Source of the DNA: Marivita sp.
Lineage (GTDB): Bacteria > Pseudomonadota > Alphaproteobacteria > Rhodobacterales > Rhodobacteraceae
Direction of reading: 5' to 3'
Length of the DNA stretch: 64,000 nt
NCBI RefSeq assembly: GCF_965656765.1
Contig: NZ_CBFHLV010000006.1
Location: forward strand, 21,195-85,194
A program made the translations under genes and the position numbers. How positions within the stretch are numbered: position 1 is the first letter of the stretch; the number at the start of each line of letters is the position of its first letter. The notes beneath the pieces were generated by a model. It saw only the letters and a list, made by a program, of their open reading frames with translations, was not told the origin of the DNA and searched no databases. Of the stretch, positions 54,592 through 64,000 are shown in pieces.

Positions 54592-54614
54592 CCAATTTCA
54601 TGCGATCCAAACGA

Positions 54615-55802
54615 TCAGGACGCGTGGTCGTAGGCCCGTTCGCCGTGCACCATGATGTCGAGGCCCGAATTCTCGGTTTCATCATCAACCCGTAGCGGCG
54701 TGACCATTTTGACCACAATGATCAAAACGACGGTCACGACGGTTGTGAACACACCGACGATCGCCAACGACCCCAATTGCGCCGCCCAACTGCCGGCGCC
54801 AAACGCTGCTATCATGATCGTGCCGAAAATGCCGCCAACGCCATGCACGGCGAACACATCGAGCGTGTCGTCGATCTTGAGCAAGTTGCGGATCACATTC
54901 ACTGCTTCCTGACACAGGATGCCTGCAATCGCCCCGATGATCAGCGCCTCGACAGGGCCAACAAACCCAGAGGCCGGGGTAATGGACGCGAGGCCCGCAA
55001 TGGTGCCTGTCACCATACCGATCAGCGATGCTTTGCCGAACTTGACCTTTTCCCAAAGCGCCCATGTAAGTGAGGCTGTCGCCGCCGAGATATGCGTAAC
55101 TGTCAGCGCCATCGCGGCTCCGCCGTCTGCTGCCAGTTGTGATCCACCGTTAAAGCCGAACCAGCCAACCCACAGCATCGCTGCACCGATCATCACATAG
55201 CCGGGGTTGTGTGGTGGGGTGGTGTGATTCTTGCGCGGCCCAAGAAAGACGGCGATCAAAAGCGCCGCGATCCCAGCCGTTTCATGCACCACGATGCCGC
55301 CTGCAAAGTCACGCACACCGGTGTCGCCAAAGATGCCGCCATCGGACAGGAACCCTCCGCCCCAAACCCAATGCACCACCGGCGCATAGCAAAGCAGCAT
55401 CCAAAGCCCCGAGAACAGCATAACGAACCCGAAACCAACCCGCTCGACATAAGCACCAACAATCAAGGCTGGGGTGATGATTGCGAATGTCATCTGGAAG
55501 GCAAAGAACAGAATCTCGGGCAGGGTGCCTGCCAAATCATCGGTGCTGACCCCCAAAAGGAACATTTTGCCGAGACCACCCCAGTATGCGTCGCCATCGC
55601 CGAATGCGATGGAATAGCCGAAGGCGAGCCACAGAACGCTCATCAAACAGGCAATTGCATAACAATGCATGAAGACACTCAGCACATTTCGCGCACGTAC
55701 CAGGCCGCCGTAAAACAGGGCAAGCCCTGGTAGTGTCATGAACAACACAAGCGCTGTTGCAACGATTATCCAGGCCGTATCGGCTCCGTTCATCTGTCCC
55801 AT
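54615..55802 (-). CDS. amt: Ammonium transporter (Amt family)
   Basis: TPGLALFYGG-like MTLPGLALFYGG, FQMTFAIIT, DFAGGIVVH, WVGWFGFNGGS, DDTLDVFAVHGVGG; both conserved His present; no adjacent glnK. Confidence 0.96.
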   Translation of the reverse strand: MGQMNGADTAWIIVATALVLFMTLPGLALFYGGLVRARNVLSVFMHCYAIACLMSVLWLAFGYSIAFGDGDAYWGGLGKMFLLGVSTDDLAGTLPEILFFAFQMTFAIITPALIVGAYVERVGFGFVMLFSGLWMLLCYAPVVHWVWGGGFLSDGGIFGDTGVRDFAGGIVVHETAGIAALLIAVFLGPRKNHTTPPHNPGYVMIGAAMLWVGWFGFNGGSQLAADGGAAMALTVTHISAATASLTWALWEKVKFGKASLIGMVTGTIAGLASITPASGFVGPVEALIIGAIAGILCQEAVNVIRNLLKIDDTLDVFAVHGVGGIFGTIMIAAFGAGSWAAQLGSLAIVGVFTTVVTVVLIIVVKMVTPLRVDDETENSGLDIMVHGERAYDHAS

Positions 55803-55878
55803 CCTTTGATTTGACTTTGTTTCGCGCGGTCAAAGCGGAACAGGTTCGCGGAAAAAAGAGGCGATATGCGATTTGCGC

Positions 55879-55895
55879 TGCCCTAAAATCAAGCA
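55879..55895. promoter_or_regulatory. Putative NtrC site upstream of amt
   Basis: TGC-CCTAAAATCAA-GCA (TGC-N11-GCA with AT-rich core). Confidence 0.65.
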
Positions 55896-55950
55896 GACAT
55901 ATAATTGTTTAATTAATGGGCGATTTGGGTGGTTATTGCTGAAAATTAAA

Positions 55951-56430
55951 TCACTTCACGTTTAGCGCGTCGATGATCAATTCAAGTGCCGTGTCACGCG
56001 CTGCCGCTCTGACAGCGGCGCGTCCAAGCGCGCCGAATTCTACCGTTTTGGTCTGTATCGTGTCCGCTGTTGCGATACCAAAGCAGACGCGCCCCTCGGG
56101 TTTGAACTCTGACCCGCCCGGCCCGGCGATCCCGCTGATTGATACCGCCACGGTCGCCTGCGCCGCCGCTCTGGCGCCCAAAGCCATTTCGCGGGCGACC
56201 TCTTCGGACACGGCGCCATGTGCATCCAGTGCAGAGGCTGATACCCCCAGCATATCGATCTTGGCTTGGTTCGAATAGGTGACGAATCCCCGCTCAAAAA
56301 CACTGGATGATCCAGCCACGTCGGTTATGGCCGCCGCTACCATCCCGCCAGTGCAGCTTTCCGCAGTTGTCACTGTGGCGCCAGCCTGCAGCGCCAAACG
56401 CAAAACAGTGTCGGACAGCGCTTCATTCAC
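55951..56430 (-). CDS. CinA C-terminal family protein (NMN deamidase PncC-like)
   Basis: TAESCTGG, GSS.VF..GFVTYSN.AK, GAVS.EVA..MA.GA, SGIAGPGG; GTG start overlaps the pgpA stop. Confidence 0.92.
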   Translation of the reverse strand: MNEALSDTVLRLALQAGATVTTAESCTGGMVAAAITDVAGSSSVFERGFVTYSNQAKIDMLGVSASALDAHGAVSEEVAREMALGARAAAQATVAVSISGIAGPGGSEFKPEGRVCFGIATADTIQTKTVEFGALGRAAVRAAARDTALELIIDALNVK

Positions 56431-56915
56431 ATGAGCACCAAATGGAATAGCGCTGCCAGCGCGATCACGCCAATCGCTGCAAACACGCCTGCGATCACGT
56501 CGTCCAGCATCACACCCAGCGCATCGCCCCGTGCATCCGCTTGGCCGACCAGCCACGGCTTCCAGATGTCAAATAGCCGAAACAAAACAAACGCTGCGAT
56601 CCAGCCGGGGTAAAGCGCCAGCAAATCGGCTGACATCATCGTTGCCCCGTAAGCCACTGGAAACAGGGCGATCCACTGGCCAACCACTTCATCAACCACG
56701 ATATAGGACGGATCGTGATCGTCCTGACCACGGGTCAGTTCGCGCGCGGCGATCCAACCTGACATGAAGACAAAGAAAGTCAGGTTCACCAACAACCAGA
56801 ACCCGCCGATCGACAAGACAGCATAGGCCACGGGCAATGCCGCAAGCGACCCCCAAGTGCCGGGTGCAGGGCGCAGGTATCCAACGCCGAAAAACGTCGC
56901 GATGATCTTGTTCAT
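56427..56915 (-). CDS. pgpA: Phosphatidylglycerophosphatase A
   Basis: [42 protein letters not shown]. Confidence 0.95.
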   Translation of the reverse strand: MNKIIATFFGVGYLRPAPGTWGSLAALPVAYAVLSIGGFWLLVNLTFFVFMSGWIAARELTRGQDDHDPSYIVVDEVVGQWIALFPVAYGATMMSADLLALYPGWIAAFVLFRLFDIWKPWLVGQADARGDALGVMLDDVIAGVFAAIGVIALAALFHLVLM

Positions 56916-57391
56916 GTCGTCACCAATGCGGCAGTCGCCAGCGCTGCGATTCCTTCACCGCGCCCTGTAAAGCCAAGCTTTTCAGACGTTGTCGCCTTGA
57001 CCGAGATATCTTCGATCGGCAATCCCATGATCGCCGCCAAAGCGGCGCGCATTGCGTCGGCATTTGGCCCGATTTTGGGAAATTCACAAACCAGCGTGCA
57101 GTCCACGTTGCAGATTTCGTACCCGGCATCTCGCGCCATCTGGACGGCGTGTTTCAGGAAGATTTCGCTTGCAGCACCTTTCCACTGCGGATCCGACGGC
57201 GGAAAATGCCGGCCGATGTCACCTGCAGCCAGCGCGCCATACAGCGCATCTGTGATCGCATGCATGCCGACATCCGCATCAGAGTGCCCCATAAGGGCCT
57301 GATCGTGCGGTACGTTCACGCCACACAGCACAACATGGTCGCCGGGACCGAACTTGTGAACATCATAGCCGTTGCCCAGCCGCACTTTCAT
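56912..57391 (-). CDS. ispF: 2-C-methyl-D-erythritol 2,4-cyclodiphosphate synthase (monofunctional)
   Basis: [23 protein letters not shown]...[25 protein letters not shown]; no IspD domain upstream. Confidence 0.96.
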   Translation of the reverse strand: MKVRLGNGYDVHKFGPGDHVVLCGVNVPHDQALMGHSDADVGMHAITDALYGALAAGDIGRHFPPSDPQWKGAASEIFLKHAVQMARDAGYEICNVDCTLVCEFPKIGPNADAMRAALAAIMGLPIEDISVKATTSEKLGFTGRGEGIAALATAALVTT

Positions 57392-57462
57392 ATGCAAACC
57401 CCTTGAATTGCTGTGGCTTGTCTAAGGTTTGTCCGGGGGCTGTGCAATCGTTCGGGTGTGGG

Positions 57463-57479
57463 TGCCTAATAATTAAGCA
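57463..57479. promoter_or_regulatory. Putative NtrC site in the ispF/dusB-ntrBC divergent region
   Basis: TGC-CTAATAATTAA-GCA. Confidence 0.7.
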
Positions 57480-57571
57480 CATGGGTGTCCGCGGTCTGTT
57501 TTTCAGGCGAATACCATTGAATGGCGTGCTGCCACAGCGTAGCTCAAGGGCATCAATCAAGGATTGCATTG

Positions 57572-58555
57572 GTGACTCCGTCAGTTCCAGAAAGCCTCAT
57601 GTCGCCCCCTGTGCTTCTTGCACCGTTGGCAGGGATAACAGACCTTCCGTTCAGGTCATTGGTGTCGCGTTTTGGCGCAGGGCGCGTCGTGTCTGAAATG
57701 ATCGCGAGCGGCGAATTCCTGACAGCGCGGCCCGGAACCCGGGAAAAAGCAGAGCTTGGGGCAGGGATCGGCAATACCTCTGTTCAACTGGCAGGCCGCA
57801 CACCTGACGCGATGGCCGAAGCAGCGCGCATGGTCGAGGGCATGGGCGCACAGGTGATCGACATCAACATGGGCTGCCCGGCGAAAAAGGTTGTTGGCGG
57901 TTATTCCGGGTCAGCGCTGTTGCGCGATCTTGATCATGCCTGTCGCTTGATCGACGCGGTGGTCGCCGCGGTGAATGTACCCGTCACGCTAAAGACCCGG
58001 TTAGGCTGGGATGACGCCTCGCACAATGCGGCAGAGCTTGCACAGCGCGCCGAAACCATCGGCATCGCGATGATTGTGATTCACGGCCGTACCCGGTGCC
58101 AGTTCTACAAAGGCCAAGCCGATTGGCGCGCCATCCGCGAGGTCAAGAACGCGGTGTCGATCCCTGTGGTCGCCAATGGCGATATCGTCGACACCACTTC
58201 CGCCCGCACGGCATTGGATCAAAGCGGCGCTGATGGTGTGATGGTGGGCCGAGGTGCGCAGGGCCGTCCATGGGTTTTGGCGCAGATTGCCGCTGATATC
58301 TTTGACACGCCCGCGCCAACCGTGCCTCGGGGCCAGGCGATGGTTGATATGGTCGCCGAACACTACGACGCGATGCTGTCTTTCTATGGCCGTGACCTCG
58401 GTAGTCGTGTCGCGCGCAAACACCTGGGGTGGTACATGGATGATGCTCAGACTGAAGCCGTTCTGCGCAAGTCGATCCTCACCACCAAAGATCCGGCAAA
58501 CGTGTTTGCATCATTGCCAGATGCGCTTTTGACCGATGCGAGGCAGGCTGCATGA
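57572..58555 (+). CDS. dusB: tRNA-dihydrouridine synthase B (NifR3)
   Basis: [43 protein letters not shown]; start GTG 57572 or ATG 57599. Confidence 0.95.
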   Translation: MTPSVPESLMSPPVLLAPLAGITDLPFRSLVSRFGAGRVVSEMIASGEFLTARPGTREKAELGAGIGNTSVQLAGRTPDAMAEAARMVEGMGAQVIDINMGCPAKKVVGGYSGSALLRDLDHACRLIDAVVAAVNVPVTLKTRLGWDDASHNAAELAQRAETIGIAMIVIHGRTRCQFYKGQADWRAIREVKNAVSIPVVANGDIVDTTSARTALDQSGADGVMVGRGAQGRPWVLAQIAADIFDTPAPTVPRGQAMVDMVAEHYDAMLSFYGRDLGSRVARKHLGWYMDDAQTEAVLRKSILTTKDPANVFASLPDALLTDARQAA

Positions 58556-59661
58556 CAAAAGAAGATCAGGACGTGCCGACTGTGGTGGATGAACGGCTGA
58601 TTTGGTCGTCGCTTCCGGTGCCTGCCATCGTCATAGACAATGATGAAAATATCCTTGACATGAACCCGGCGGCCGAAGGGTTTATGAACAATTCCGCCAA
58701 ATGGTTGCGTGGGCAACCGATCTGGGACCGGTTGACCGTCGATGCCCCAATGGAAAAAAGCCTGATCCGGGCGCGGGCGAACGGAACGCCACTATTCGTC
58801 AACGATGTGGATGTCGGCACAGGGAACCGTCCACCGCTTGTGTGCAATCTGCAATTTGCGCCTGTGCAAGGGCAAGACGGCTGCATGATCCTGCTTATCA
58901 GTCCGCGCGAATTGGCCGGGCGTGTCAATCAAAGCCAGTCTGTCAAATCCGCTGCCAAGTCGGCCATCGGCATGGCGGAAATGCTCGCGCACGAGATCAA
59001 GAACCCCTTGGCTGGGATCACCGGCGCGGCTCAGCTTCTGAGCATGAACCTCACCAACGAGGATCTTGAGCTGACTGACCTGATCGTCGCTGAAACCCGG
59101 CGCATTGTGAAGCTGTTGGAACAGGTCGAACAGTTCGGCAATCTGTCTGCGCCGGAACGCAAACCGGTAAACCTGCATGATGTGCTGGACCGCGCACGCC
59201 GCTCGGCTTTGCTGGGCTTCGGCGCGCATATGAAAATCATCGAAGATTACGACCCCTCGCTGCCCTTGGCGCTGGGGGATTCTGATCAATTGCTTCAGGT
59301 GATTTTGAACCTGATCAAGAACGCGTCCGAGGCGTCGGATCCTAAGGCGGGTGGCACCATTCGCCTGCACACCTATTACGAACACAGCTACAGCCTGCGT
59401 CGCGCTGACGGGTCGGGCCAATCGCTGCCATTGCAAGTCGAGGTGATCGATGATGGCCCCGGGCTGCCGCCCGAAATCAAAGGGGATGTATTCGATCCTT
59501 TTGTGTCGGGCCGTGAGAACGGCACCGGCCTTGGCCTCGCTTTGGTTAGCAAAATTATATCGGATCATGACGGTTGGGTCGCTGTAGACAGCGTCCCGGG
59601 CAAAACCCGCTTTCGCATCTCATTGCCGCAAGCACCGCGCAAACAAAAGGAGTCAAACTGA
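58552..59661 (+). CDS. ntrB: Nitrogen-regulation sensor kinase NtrB
   Basis: PAS-like N-terminus; [19 protein letters not shown]; NLIKNA; DDGPG; GTGLGL. Confidence 0.96.
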   Translation: MTKEDQDVPTVVDERLIWSSLPVPAIVIDNDENILDMNPAAEGFMNNSAKWLRGQPIWDRLTVDAPMEKSLIRARANGTPLFVNDVDVGTGNRPPLVCNLQFAPVQGQDGCMILLISPRELAGRVNQSQSVKSAAKSAIGMAEMLAHEIKNPLAGITGAAQLLSMNLTNEDLELTDLIVAETRRIVKLLEQVEQFGNLSAPERKPVNLHDVLDRARRSALLGFGAHMKIIEDYDPSLPLALGDSDQLLQVILNLIKNASEASDPKAGGTIRLHTYYEHSYSLRRADGSGQSLPLQVEVIDDGPGLPPEIKGDVFDPFVSGRENGTGLGLALVSKIISDHDGWVAVDSVPGKTRFRISLPQAPRKQKESN

Positions 59662-61031
59662 TGGATGGTACGGTACTTGTCGCGGATGATGATCGCACGA
59701 TCCGCACGGTTCTTACACAGGCGCTGACGCGGGCAGGGTGCAAAGTGCATGCGACTTCGTCGCTCACGACGCTGATGCGCTGGGTCGCCGAAGGCAAAGG
59801 TGATGTCGTGATTTCGGACGTGATCATGCCCGATGGCAACGGGCTCGAAATGCTGCCAAAGATCTCACAAGACCGCCCTGATCTGCCAGTCATCGTGATT
59901 TCCGCTCAGAATACCATCATGACCGCTATTCAGGCCGCCGAGGCCGAAGCCTACGATTACCTGCCCAAACCGTTCGACTTGCCGGATTTGATGAAGCGCA
60001 CCGCCAAGGCGCTTGATTCCCGCAGCCGGGTCGCGCGCCCAACAGCGGAACGCGTGGCCACCGATGCGCCTGACGATCTGCCATTGATTGGCAAGACCCC
60101 GGCAATGCAGGCGTTGTACCGCTTGGTCGCCAAAGTGATGAACACCGATCTGCCTGTGCTGATCTGCGGCGAATCCGGCACCGGAAAATCGCTGATCGCT
60201 CGGGCTTTACACGACTTTTCCGACCGCAGGTCTTTGCCGTTTGTCACTGTCACCGGCAGCGATCTGTCCGATATCGAAGGCCCGGCGCGCATTCTGGCCA
60301 GGGTACGCGGTGGTACGCTCTTGATTGACGAAGTGGCCGATGTCCCCGACGAAGTGCAGGCGCGCATCGTGCGCATGATGGACGGCGCCAGCGACAACGT
60401 TCCGCGCTTTATCGCGACCAGCCAGACGGATCCGGGGCAGGGCATCTCTGACAGTGGCGTGCGCGAAGATCTCTATTACCGCATCAGTGGCGCAACAATC
60501 TCGGTGCCGTCCTTGCGGGAACGCGTGGATGATATCGCGCTGCTCAGTGAGCATTTCCTCGCCAGGGCTGAACGCGATGGCGGTTCGAAACGCTGGCTGT
60601 CTGAAGACGCCGCCGACCTGTTCCGTGCCTACAGTTGGCCGGGCAATGTACGCCAGCTTGAAAACGTCGTTCGCCGCCTCAGCCTTACCTCGCGCGCGGA
60701 CGAGATCACCCGCGCCGAGGTCGAGAACGTTCTGGGCAACCAGCCCGAAACCGGCCCAGTCCTGCGGGGCGGTGACAGCGAGAAACTCAGCACCTCGGTG
60801 GCCCGCCACCTGCGCCGATACTTCGATTTGCACGGCACGATGCTGCCGCCCCCGGGGCTGTATCCGCGAATCTTGCGTGAAATCGAAGCGCCTCTGATCG
60901 AAATCGCACTCGAAGCGACGGGTGGAAATCAGGCCAAGTGTGCGGATTTGCTCGGAATCAACCGTAATACGTTGAGAAAGAAGATCACTGACCTCGATAT
61001 TCAGGTGACACGCCGCCGTAAATTGATGTAA
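59661..61031 (+). CDS. ntrC: Nitrogen-regulation response regulator NtrC (lacks the GAFTGA loop)
   Basis: Receiver DVIMPD; GESGTGKS; [10 protein letters not shown]; Fis-type [23 protein letters not shown]. Confidence 0.95.
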   Translation: MDGTVLVADDDRTIRTVLTQALTRAGCKVHATSSLTTLMRWVAEGKGDVVISDVIMPDGNGLEMLPKISQDRPDLPVIVISAQNTIMTAIQAAEAEAYDYLPKPFDLPDLMKRTAKALDSRSRVARPTAERVATDAPDDLPLIGKTPAMQALYRLVAKVMNTDLPVLICGESGTGKSLIARALHDFSDRRSLPFVTVTGSDLSDIEGPARILARVRGGTLLIDEVADVPDEVQARIVRMMDGASDNVPRFIATSQTDPGQGISDSGVREDLYYRISGATISVPSLRERVDDIALLSEHFLARAERDGGSKRWLSEDAADLFRAYSWPGNVRQLENVVRRLSLTSRADEITRAEVENVLGNQPETGPVLRGGDSEKLSTSVARHLRRYFDLHGTMLPPPGLYPRILREIEAPLIEIALEATGGNQAKCADLLGINRNTLRKKITDLDIQVTRRRKLM

Positions 61032-61131
61032 AACTGCCACATAATAGTGTTCTGTCGGTGACGCAGTTGGACGGAAGCACAATATATGGCGGTAGCCGGG
61101 CTGCGCGGCACATCTAGGCGAGGGGTTGGCT

Positions 61132-63435
61132 GTGGCCACCTGGGCACGCTCTTGGAACTGGACTCGGCTGAGCCGGATGCGTCGGCAACGGCGCTACCAG
61201 AATGCTATGACCCTTGGTCTGGTGTTGCTTGGTCCAATTCTGGCAATCGCCACGATCCTCGTACTGGGACCCTTGGACACGGGCGCAGGCGCGCAGTTTA
61301 ACCTGCGGCTCGTTCTGTTGGCCGACCTAATCTATGTGCTTCTGCTGGCAGCGCTCGTGCTCAGCCGGGTGGTCAATCTGATCGCTGCGCGCCGCGCAAA
61401 ATCCGCCGGATCACGATTGCATTTGCGTCTTACGGGCGCGTTTGCCCTGATGGCGCTTTTGCCAACGATCACGGTCGCGGTCTTTGCCGTTCTGACGATC
61501 AATATCGGGCTTGAAACGTGGTTTTCCGAACGAGTGCGCAACGTGGTCGGTGCGTCACTGTCCGCCGCCGAAGCTTATGAGCAGGAACACCGCGAAGCAT
61601 TGACCCAAGACGCTGAGGCGCTTGGTGCGTTCCTTGATGCCAACCGTCGCGCTACATTTATCATGGACGATGGCGAATTGCGGCAGGCGTTAAGCCAGGG
61701 TCAGGCGCAAATTCAGCGCGGCTTGCGCGAGGCCTATGTCATCGACGGGGCAGGCGAAATTCGTGCGCGTGGCGAAGGGTCGTACCTTTTTGACTACGAA
61801 CGCCCAACCCCCGAAGTGATCGCCGAAGGCGGAGAGCTGGGCATCGCTTTGGTGCAGGACTGGGACAACAATGAACTGCGCGCGCTTATCCCGCTGCGCG
61901 CGTTCACTGACCGGTATCTTTTCATCACGCGCGAAGTTGATGGTCAGATTCTCAACCTGCTGGACGACACGCAGGAAACTGCACGGTTTTACCAACAACA
62001 AGAAAATGACCGTGGTCGCGTTCTGTTTGATTTTGCTCTGCTTTATCTAGGGTTTGCGTTTCTGCTTATCCTTGCCGCCGTGTGGTTGGGCTTGTGGTTC
62101 GCAGAACGGCTCAGCCGTCCTGTGGGCCGTCTGACCGGTGCTGCACAGCGTGTCGGCTCGGGTGATTTGGATGTAAAAGTTGTCGAGGAAGAGGGCGACG
62201 ATGAAATCGCTATGCTGGGCCGGTACTTCAATCAAATGACCCGGCAATTGAAGGGCCAGCGCGAAACGCTGCTCGACAATACGCGTCAGATCGAACGCCG
62301 ACAGCGCCTGTTCGATTCGGTGCTGACATCCGTCACGTCGGGCGTTGTCGGGCTCGATGCCGATGGGCGGGTGACGTTTGTGAACCGTTCTGCGGAACGG
62401 CTGCTGGCGTGGCATGAAAACCAACGCAGTGTTGAGATTACGATGGCGGTGCCGGAGTTCGGACCGTTGTTCGATCGCTTGCGTGACCAAGGCATTGAAA
62501 CCGCTCAGGAAGAGGTCAAGGTCAGCCGCGAGGGCCGGCTGGAAAATCTGCTGGTGCGCCTGTCCACCCGGCGACGCGAAGACGGCGGTCTAGAAGGCTA
62601 CGTGATCGCGTTCGACGACGTGACCGATCTGGTCAGCGCCCAACGCATGGCCGCTTGGGGGGATGTGGCGCGTCGCATCGCGCATGAGATCAAGAACCCT
62701 CTTACACCAATTCAGCTGTCCGCTGAACGTATCCGCCGCAAGTTTCGGCGTCAGTTGACAGGCGAAGATGCTGAAAGTCTTGAGCAGTTGACAGAAGTTA
62801 TTGTTCGTCAAACCAATGACTTACGGCGTATTGTTGATGAATTTTCCAAATTTGCGCGGATGCCCGAGCCTGAACGCAAACCCGAAGATGTCGTCGATAT
62901 CCTGCGCGGTGTGATCCTGCTGCAAGAAGCCGGGCAGCCCGATGTTCGGATCGTATCCAACATGCCGGGTCATGGCATTCCAGCCGAAATCGACGCGACG
63001 ATGATTGGTCAGGCCTTTACAAATCTTGTGAAGAACGCCGGGGAAGCCATTGAAAGCTTTGTAGAAGCCACTCCAGATGCAGACGTGTCACCCGAGATCA
63101 GGATCGCCTGTCAGCGGAGCGATAACGATGAATTTGCCGAAATTCGCATCTCGGATAACGGGATCGGATTGCCCGAAGATCCGTCACGGCTGTTCGAGCC
63201 ATATGTGACAACACGCGAAAAAGGCACCGGTCTGGGCCTGCCGATCGTGAAAAAGATCATCGAAGAACATGGCGGTACCCTGACCCTCGAACAGGCTGCC
63301 CCCTTCGATGACACAGACCGTTGTGGGGCAATGGCGGTGGTCCGTTTGCCTGTATTGGTGGAAGTTGAAAATGGCACTGTGAATAAGATGTTAGAGGCCG
63401 ATGCTCAGGCAAAGGCAACAGAATCTGAGACGTGA
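61132..63435 (+). CDS. ntrY: Sensor histidine kinase NtrY
   Basis: TM-periplasmic-HAMP-PAS; [27 protein letters not shown]; NLVKNA; KGTGLGL; GTG start with GAGGGG SD. Confidence 0.96.
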   Translation: MATWARSWNWTRLSRMRRQRRYQNAMTLGLVLLGPILAIATILVLGPLDTGAGAQFNLRLVLLADLIYVLLLAALVLSRVVNLIAARRAKSAGSRLHLRLTGAFALMALLPTITVAVFAVLTINIGLETWFSERVRNVVGASLSAAEAYEQEHREALTQDAEALGAFLDANRRATFIMDDGELRQALSQGQAQIQRGLREAYVIDGAGEIRARGEGSYLFDYERPTPEVIAEGGELGIALVQDWDNNELRALIPLRAFTDRYLFITREVDGQILNLLDDTQETARFYQQQENDRGRVLFDFALLYLGFAFLLILAAVWLGLWFAERLSRPVGRLTGAAQRVGSGDLDVKVVEEEGDDEIAMLGRYFNQMTRQLKGQRETLLDNTRQIERRQRLFDSVLTSVTSGVVGLDADGRVTFVNRSAERLLAWHENQRSVEITMAVPEFGPLFDRLRDQGIETAQEEVKVSREGRLENLLVRLSTRRREDGGLEGYVIAFDDVTDLVSAQRMAAWGDVARRIAHEIKNPLTPIQLSAERIRRKFRRQLTGEDAESLEQLTEVIVRQTNDLRRIVDEFSKFARMPEPERKPEDVVDILRGVILLQEAGQPDVRIVSNMPGHGIPAEIDATMIGQAFTNLVKNAGEAIESFVEATPDADVSPEIRIACQRSDNDEFAEIRISDNGIGLPEDPSRLFEPYVTTREKGTGLGLPIVKKIIEEHGGTLTLEQAAPFDDTDRCGAMAVVRLPVLVEVENGTVNKMLEADAQAKATESET

Positions 63436-63458
63436 CGTTCAATGATAAAGGTGAGGTT

Positions 63459-64000
63459 ATGAGCGATATACTGATTGTAGACGATGAGCGCGATATCCGC
63501 GAACTGATCGGCGATATCCTTGAGGACGAAGGCTATACAACGCGGCTTGCGGGCAACTCGTCCGAAGCGATGACCGAAATCAACGCCGAAGAGCCGGCGC
63601 TGCTCATACTCGATATCTGGCTCAAAGACAGCAAGATGGACGGGATCGATATCCTTAAGACCGTCAAACGTGACAATCCGGATGTGCCGGTGGTGATCAT
63701 TTCGGGTCACGGCAATATCGAAATCGCGGTCGCGGCGATCAAGCAAGGTGCGTATGATTTCATCGAAAAACCTTTTAACATCGATCAGTTGCTTGTCGTG
63801 ATCCGGCGCGCGATGGAAACCAGCCGTCTGCGCCGTGAGAACAACAAACTCAAACGTCGCGAAACCGATGTCGCGCAGATGGTTGGCGAATGTGCCTCGT
63901 ATCGTGGTTTGGTTTCGAACCTCGACAAGGTGACAAAATCCAACGGTCGCGTTTTACTATCCGGGCCTGCTGGCAGCGGCAAAGAAGTCGCCGCTCGGTA
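63459..64000 (+). CDS. ntrX: Response regulator NtrX (5' partial, runs off the window)
   Basis: MSDILIVDDERDIRELI...LDIWL..S.MDG...ISGHGNIEIAV...GAYDFIEKPF...GPAGSGKEVAAR. Confidence 0.95.
   Translation, partial: MSDILIVDDERDIRELIGDILEDEGYTTRLAGNSSEAMTEINAEEPALLILDIWLKDSKMDGIDILKTVKRDNPDVPVVIISGHGNIEIAVAAIKQGAYDFIEKPFNIDQLLVVIRRAMETSRLRRENNKLKRRETDVAQMVGECASYRGLVSNLDKVTKSNGRVLLSGPAGSGKEVAAR

Noticed and set aside
57392-57571. Possible ispD pseudogene remnant upstream of ispF
   Set aside because: Minus-strand translations of the spacer show no IspD-like motifs; it looks like ordinary promoter DNA.
58792-61139. Antisense ORFs 58792..59568 and 60207..61139 over ntrB/ntrC
   Set aside because: Shadow ORFs with no recognisable domains.

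Overview
Core-chromosome segment of a Rhodobacterales (Roseobacter-group-like) alphaproteobacterium with about 60 mostly housekeeping genes: ilvIH, a TRAP transporter, ndk, cysS-cimA, mnmA-sciP-ctrA-ligA-recG, hisI, gluQ-trmFO, ppk2, metA, guaA, the GTA activator locus gafA, lipA, two c-type cytochromes, hpt, amt, ispF-pgpA-cinA and dusB-ntrB-ntrC-ntrY-ntrX (ntrX truncated by the window end). I saw no rRNA, tRNA, CRISPR array, prophage or transposase. The most interesting signals are below the ORF-track size cut-off or inside genes. (1) A 13-aa leader peptide MSRISTSICCIIR upstream of cysS-cimA carries Cys-Cys and four Ile codons, followed by mutually exclusive helices that hide or free the cysS ribosome-binding site, which suggests a dual Cys/Ile translational attenuator. 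(2) A classical Val/Leu/Ile attenuator precedes ilvIH. (3) cysS is mosaic, with a much lower-GC 3' third followed by a MITE-like element. (4) A 44-aa membrane microprotein behind LexA boxes lies after recG. (5) A two-gene accessory islet encodes a GT4 glycosyltransferase and an orphan with an apparent Cys-His-Asp papain/transglutaminase-type triad. (6) A shikimate-kinase-like P-loop protein is coupled to metA. (7) A FadL-type porin carries an AQALGAQ heptad-repeat insertion. All calls come from reading the sequence; no database searches were run.
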